Shown: piece after piece, positions 59,110-64,000 of the stretch
How positions within the stretch are numbered: the first letter of the stretch is position 1
How the letters are laid out: each line of letters opens with the position of its first letter
IMG/VR virus record: IMGVR_UViG_3300042147_000025
Coordinates: 1 to 64,000 of that record
Length of the DNA stretch: 64,000 nucleotides
Direction: 5' to 3' (one strand)
Source: a virus
Translations under genes and position numbers: made by a program
Notes under the pieces: generated by a model
Told to the model about the DNA's origin: nothing
Seen by the model: only the letters and a program-made list of their open reading frames with translations
The model's database searches: none

Positions 59110-60174
59110 TTACAAGTACAGACGAACAACAGCAGCAGGATTGAGCATGGCGTTCAAGAAGTTCTGCTCAGTCATGATTTCGATGATGTCATCTTTTTCA
59201 TTCAGGTATTCAAACCAGTACGAACCTTGGGCACGACGGTTGATCGAACCAAAACGGTTAGCCGGAGCGTAGTAGGTTTTGAACAGATCACGAACACCAA
59301 CAGGCAGCAAGTAAGCATCGCCTTCTGGAATGAATGGTACAAAAGTACCAGCAGCATTCTCGTAACCACCAGCACCTGCGTTGATGAAGGTGATACCGAA
59401 TACAGTCATTTGTTCGAAACGTGCATCCAGACCAGCAACATCTGCACCACCTTTACCCAACAGAATGCTTGTACCTTGACTCTGATCAACATACTTGAAT
59501 GCGTCAGTTACGAAAGCATTCTGTTGCAGAGCCATGTAGAAGCTATCGGAGCACAGGCACACGAAGGCACGAACAGTACCAGCTTGACCATCACGCAGAC
59601 CATTACGAACAGCTTTCTTAGCAGTGTTCAGAACAGCACGTGGATCAGCAGCACCTGCGAAATCAACATCAATTTCTTCACGAGTAACATCAAACTCGGT
59701 GTAGTAGTTGGTTACTACAGTGCCACGAGGAGCATAAGCAGTACCACTAACAATCAGTTGCATACGAGCAGCTTCAAGAGTGAGGGAATGTGCTTCACGC
59801 AAATCAATCATCTTATCAGCACGAACCGAAGCTACAGTTTCCAGCTCAGCAAACTCAGCCAGACTACCACCTTGAACAATACCGTCGATATCATTAGGGG
59901 TGATTGCATCATCAGCAGGGAAGTGTGGAATCTTCAGCAACAGGGAGTCTTGTTCACGACCAGCGATGGTCTGATTACGTTCGTCCCAGTTACGGTCTTC
60001 CAGAATGTGACTTTTCTTGGTGTTACGAACAATCTCGATGTTCTTCTGGCTGCGATAGTCAGGGGTAAACAAGCCCAGAGCGTTAGTGATACCAACAGTG
60101 TTAGGAACAATGATCAGGGATTCGGTGCGGTCTACAACCTTACCCGGATTGTTGCGGTCAAGTACAATTGCCAT
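59110..60174 (-). CDS. Major capsid protein
   Basis: 354 aa, IPHFP..D.I.P.DI, phage cap E-like pattern, strong codon bias, gene position. Confidence 0.88.
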   Translation of the reverse strand: MAIVLDRNNPGKVVDRTESLIIVPNTVGITNALGLFTPDYRSQKNIEIVRNTKKSHILEDRNWDERNQTIAGREQDSLLLKIPHFPADDAITPNDIDGIVQGGSLAEFAELETVASVRADKMIDLREAHSLTLEAARMQLIVSGTAYAPRGTVVTNYYTEFDVTREEIDVDFAGAADPRAVLNTAKKAVRNGLRDGQAGTVRAFVCLCSDSFYMALQQNAFVTDAFKYVDQSQGTSILLGKGGADVAGLDARFEQMTVFGITFINAGAGGYENAAGTFVPFIPEGDAYLLPVGVRDLFKTYYAPANRFGSINRRAQGSYWFEYLNEKDDIIEIMTEQNFLNAMLNPAAVVRLYL

Positions 60175-60202
60175 AGTATTTATAATTCCTTAAGGTCGTA
60201 GA

Positions 60203-60667
60203 TTAAACAGTTTTGAGAACTTGGATGCCTTGTTGCTCAAGCAGACCCTTCAGGGTTTCAACTTCAGCGTCAGACAGATCAGCACCACCATCAACAGCAG
60301 CCGACTTAGCTACTTGTTTGATGTAGTATTCTTTGAGTTGCAGAGCACCCGAAGTACCTACAAAACCAACAGCGTTATACATACCGCTAGCAATTGCACG
60401 AGGAACGAACGAAGGGTTGAAGCTGAAGTGGTCGCCATATACAACAGCGAATTCATTGGTCAGTACCAGTGGAGCTTCAGAAGCGAGTACGGTCCAAGCA
60501 GCAGTGAGATCAGCAGACTTGGCACGATAAACAACAGTACCCATACGGATAGCTGGAGTGATAGGGGTGATGTTCAGATCACGGCGGCTGTAACCAACCG
60601 AGGGGTCCATCTCATGGACAACCAGATCAGAGAAGCGTTGTACGAAAGTTTCAGCAACGAAAGGCAT
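60203..60667 (-). CDS. Head decoration protein
   Basis: RFSDLVVHE...GYSR; between the protease and capsid genes. Confidence 0.7.
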   Translation of the reverse strand: MPFVAETFVQRFSDLVVHEMDPSVGYSRRDLNITPITPAIRMGTVVYRAKSADLTAAWTVLASEAPLVLTNEFAVVYGDHFSFNPSFVPRAIASGMYNAVGFVGTSGALQLKEYYIKQVAKSAAVDGGADLSDAEVETLKGLLEQQGIQVLKTV

Positions 60668-60691
60668 ATTTGTTTCCTTTAAATAATGTAA

Positions 60692-62035
60692 TTAGATCAA
60701 GCCAAGTTTTTGTTTGATAAGATCTTCGGTAGAAGTTTTAGCTTTCGAGGTAGTCTCTACAACGGCTTCAGTACCTTGGTCGCCAATCTCTGTAAACATA
60801 TCAGATGCTTCAAGAGCTTGTTTCTGTGCAGCAAAACCACTCAGAACAGTTTCAAATGCCGAGTCGTCGAGGCTAGACAAGGAGGTCGAAACAGCTTCAA
60901 CTTTGTCAGCGGACATAACAGCGGCAAGGGCAGTCTTACGGCCAGAAAGTTTCATACCTTCTTTCTCAGCTTGCAGAGTGGCAACGGATGCCAGAGCTTC
61001 AGTGAGAAGGGTTTCTTTTTCAGCAAGCAGCAGAGCAGCGGCTTCAAATTTGCTGGTAACATCAGAAACACTCAATTGAGCGGCCTGAAGTTGAGCTTGC
61101 AGTTCGGCAAGTTGAGTCATTTCTAGAGTTTCCTCGGTTTTATTAAATTGGGTAAACAGTTTGGTTTTTAACATACCACCTTCTTGTTTTTGAGCTGTAT
61201 CAGCTAAGTGTGTGTAAAAGTCTTCCAACGTCATCACACGGTCAGCTAGTCCTAGCTCAATAGCTTCTTTAGGCAAGAAGGTACGCGCTTGTGTGGACTT
61301 CACTGCTTCTACTGACAAGTTGCGATGTTCTGCAACAAACCCAGTAAACTCTTCGTAAAGTGTGTCAACTTTACCTTGAATATCTTCCAAGAACTCTTTA
61401 CGGAAACTACCGTCAGCGTCAAATGGAATCTTGTCATCACCAGCAGAGATAAAGGTACGTTCATAACCTTCTTTCTCAAGTGCTTTAGAATCGTTCATCA
61501 AACGAACCAGAACACCCACACTCCCAACTTCTGAGCTTGGAGCCATGATCAGTTCATCGGCAATTACAGACAAACCATAAGCTGCTGAGGCGGACAGACC
61601 ATCTACATAGGTGATGATACGCACGTCGTTTTCAGTAGCCAATTTACGCATGTAATTGGCAGTTGGCATCATCTGGAAGGCTTCGCCCCCACCACTGGAA
61701 ACACTGAATGCAATAGTTTTTGCACCACTGTCTACAAGGTAGGTAAAGTCTTCTTTAATCTGTTGGTAAGAAGCGCCGCCACAATCAAAACCCATCATAG
61801 TGACTGGTTTATAGGAAAGTGGGCCATCAATGTTCAGAACAGCAACCCCAATATCTTTGTTATAAGAGTATCGGGAATTGCTTTCACGGTTATCTTCAAC
61901 TGCTGTGTCTAGTTTGAAGTCTTCGTTGTTTCGTTCGTTAAGATATTGAATAACAATTTCAAACGATGCTGGGTGCATCAGGTGAGGAGTATTACAAATC
62001 TTTTCTTTCAGTCGTAAAAGTTGGTGTCCACTCAT
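60692..62035 (-). CDS. S49 prohead protease with C-terminal scaffold region
   Basis: SGGGE, SASAAY, VGSVGV, A.ELGLAD; coiled-coil C-terminus. Confidence 0.88.
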   Translation of the reverse strand: MSGHQLLRLKEKICNTPHLMHPASFEIVIQYLNERNNEDFKLDTAVEDNRESNSRYSYNKDIGVAVLNIDGPLSYKPVTMMGFDCGGASYQQIKEDFTYLVDSGAKTIAFSVSSGGGEAFQMMPTANYMRKLATENDVRIITYVDGLSASAAYGLSVIADELIMAPSSEVGSVGVLVRLMNDSKALEKEGYERTFISAGDDKIPFDADGSFRKEFLEDIQGKVDTLYEEFTGFVAEHRNLSVEAVKSTQARTFLPKEAIELGLADRVMTLEDFYTHLADTAQKQEGGMLKTKLFTQFNKTEETLEMTQLAELQAQLQAAQLSVSDVTSKFEAAALLLAEKETLLTEALASVATLQAEKEGMKLSGRKTALAAVMSADKVEAVSTSLSSLDDSAFETVLSGFAAQKQALEASDMFTEIGDQGTEAVVETTSKAKTSTEDLIKQKLGLI

Positions 62036-62788
62036 CAAGTGTTCTCCGTATTTGATGTTGAGCTATCCCCGGAGGAACCGTTTGAGCTGCCTGTGCCGTT
62101 GGGCATTCCTTCAGCCATACCAGCACCCGAGTTAGAAGTGTCATCACCCATCATTTGAGCAAGATCTTCATCACTAATATCTTTCCTGACTCGATAAGGA
62201 ATGTCAGCTTGACCAAGAACCCAGTTAATAACTTCTGGTGTCCGGGGTAGCATACCTACGGCTTTCACTCGTTGAATAAACTTACCAATCTCGTCCAAAG
62301 ACTCTTTACCAACTTCGCCATAATCTACGAAAGGCATTAAGTCTGTTTCCCACCCGTTTAATTCAAACGTTTGGCGGAAAAGATCATTATTAAGTTGATC
62401 TTTAATCTCATTAAGCTTGGCTTCGATTGCCATCTCAATAGTACTGACTTTAGTTTCAGCCAAAGAGAAAGAACCGCCGCCCCCAGAACTACCAAGACCT
62501 AAGAAGTCAGCGAACAGGCAAGTAAGGATTTCAGAGTTATATCGTTGGATGATAACGTTAGTGTCGTATGACAGTTGGCCTGTTACACTTTTAATCTCAA
62601 ACTCAAACATCTTATTGCCATTTTCATCTGTGATGAGTGGCAATATCAAACCAGATTGCTTGGCTTGATGCATGTTCTGCAAGATCTTTTTGTATTCTTC
62701 AAAGACTGCACGATTCTCTTCTGAGGCATCGGTAGTCATGTATTGAGGTGGGATATAAAGAACTTTAAATCCGTTTGAATCTTGTGCT
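62035..62788 (-). CDS. Portal protein, 3' exon
   Basis: IIQRYNSEIL, GSFSLAE; the frame is open upstream of the annotated ATG to the 3' splice site (AQDSNGFKVLYIPPQYM). Confidence 0.8.
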
Positions 62789-63784
62789 CGTTTTGTTCAA
62801 GTGGATTCGTTAATTCCACCCGGTTCTTTTATGAACTCCTACATGTTTCCATGCAGACCAGACTATATCACACTCTTCAGCTTGACCTGTTTAGAGCCTT
62901 ACCATTTCGAACCACTTGGTTCTACTCCCTTACGGGATAGTCGTTGAACGTTCTAATCAAGTATCGTAATTATTAAAAGTTATACAGATCCGATATGTGT
63001 CTGTACTGCTTTTTGTTTTTGATTTTAGTTACCATGCTTTTATTAATTTTAGCATTGGTACTTAAAGCTACAATCTCCATATTCCTAACTCCAGCTTCTA
63101 TCTGCTTGCATATCCAGTGGATAGTTTCTTCAGATATTACAATAGATTTTCTAGGAATACTGTATTGCTGTGAAATAGACAACCAACCAATACCACGCCG
63201 AATGTTCTCAAGAGATACTTTTGATACCTCTAACATCTCATGAATTTCAATGTTTCTGTACCCGTTCTCCATCATCTGGCAAATCTCGTGAACTTGCAGA
63301 TTGGTTAACAGTGCATTGTGAACATCTTCACCTTGTTCTGGAATTTTCAAACCAGTTCTAAGTGCGTGTTGAGTATTTTCTGAGTAGGTGTTCCACTCAA
63401 GGTTGCTTAAATCATTATGTGCTTTATTTCCATCAATATGGTTGACGCATGGTTTGTTTTCGGGGTTATCAAGAAAAGCTAGAGCGACAAGTCTATGGAC
63501 TGTAAAACTCTTAGCTTTATTATCTTCCCAAAGGAAAACTATTTCATAGCCGTCTCTATTAATAAAAGTGGCTTTTTCTTTTCCTTGTTTGTTGTAAACT
63601 TTACCAGTTGCATCAACAAAATAATTTCTTACGATTTCTTTCTTCATAGTATTTCTCCTACTGACTTCGGATGAGATACTTGATTAGCTTCGCTGCTGAT
63701 TGTCTTCACCTTTACGTGGTCAGAGTTCCCAGCAATTAAATAAGTTTTCGACAAGTATTTCTACTTGAAGCCGCTAGTTAGTCA
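62789..63784 (-). mobile_element. Group I intron (IA2-like), 996 nt, in the portal gene
   Basis: P ATTGCTGGGAA, Q AATCAGCAG, R GTTCAACGACTA, S GATATAGTC; P1 GCCGU/GCGGC with U-G at the splice site; terminal G; splicing restores the frame. Confidence 0.9.
62973..63647 (-). CDS. Intron-encoded HNH homing endonuclease
   Basis: VHRLVA.AF...VNHIDGNK.HN.LSNLEW.T..EN..HA; lies in the P6 loop. Confidence 0.9.
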   Translation of the reverse strand: MKKEIVRNYFVDATGKVYNKQGKEKATFINRDGYEIVFLWEDNKAKSFTVHRLVALAFLDNPENKPCVNHIDGNKAHNDLSNLEWNTYSENTQHALRTGLKIPEQGEDVHNALLTNLQVHEICQMMENGYRNIEIHEMLEVSKVSLENIRRGIGWLSISQQYSIPRKSIVISEETIHWICKQIEAGVRNMEIVALSTNAKINKSMVTKIKNKKQYRHISDLYNF

Positions 63785-64000
63785 ACGGCAATTGCTTGAC
63801 TTTCTTCATAAGCTTTCTTGTACTTCCAAGATTGCCACGCTCCATTTAATTGACTGACACCCGTAGGTGAGTCTTTCAGTGGATTGTTCCGAAACAACAA
63901 GAACTTCTTACGTGGAATAAACTTCTCGGTAATGTCTTCCGTCGCATTCACAAAGTCCCAACCAGCATAAGAATCATTGGTTGATGTTAGTGTGCTTTGA
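63785..64000 (-). CDS. Portal protein, 5' exon (truncated by the window edge)
   Basis: Open frame ...FIPRKKFLLFRNNPLKDSPTGVSQLNGAWQSWKYKKAYEESQAIA(V). Confidence 0.8.

Noticed and set aside
59227-60201. 324-aa plus-strand ORF
   Set aside because: Antisense shadow of the codon-biased major capsid gene; no motifs
62900-62940. tRNA suggested by GGTTCGAA on the minus strand
   Set aside because: Part of the intron hairpins after P7; no cloverleaf

Overview
This is a 64 kb slice of a lytic, contractile-tailed (myovirus) dsDNA phage genome. Gene order and protein families resemble the Felix O1/PAK_P1-like myoviruses (Vandenendeviridae type). A Gammaproteobacterial, probably Pseudomonas, host is inferred, not shown. 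Layout: (i) 1-13.4 kb, minus strand: small early genes behind consensus sigma70 promoters, including a 440-aa PolA/T7-RNAP-superfamily polymerase and an EF-Ts N-terminal mimic; (ii) 13.6-36.3 kb, plus strand: replication and nucleotide metabolism (primase-helicase, family A DNA polymerase, SSB, exonucleases, pyrophosphohydrolases, ThyX, NrdB/NrdA); (iii) 36.4-64 kb, minus strand: lysis, tail, baseplate and head genes up to the portal. About 14 homing-endonuclease genes (HEGs) occupy about 11 kb. Main observations: a group I intron with an HNH ORF interrupts the portal gene, and splicing restores the frame. Several HEG cassettes in the late operon carry their own sigma70 promoter overlapped by one arm of a hairpin that hides the ribosome-binding site (RBS). 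Orphaned 5' gene ends sit next to two HEGs. Two HEGs are frameshifted with a visible mutational cause. A consensus CsrA/RsmA hairpin lies upstream of the endolysin. The tail chaperone has a -1 frameshift signal. No tRNA, rRNA, CRISPR array or integrase was seen.
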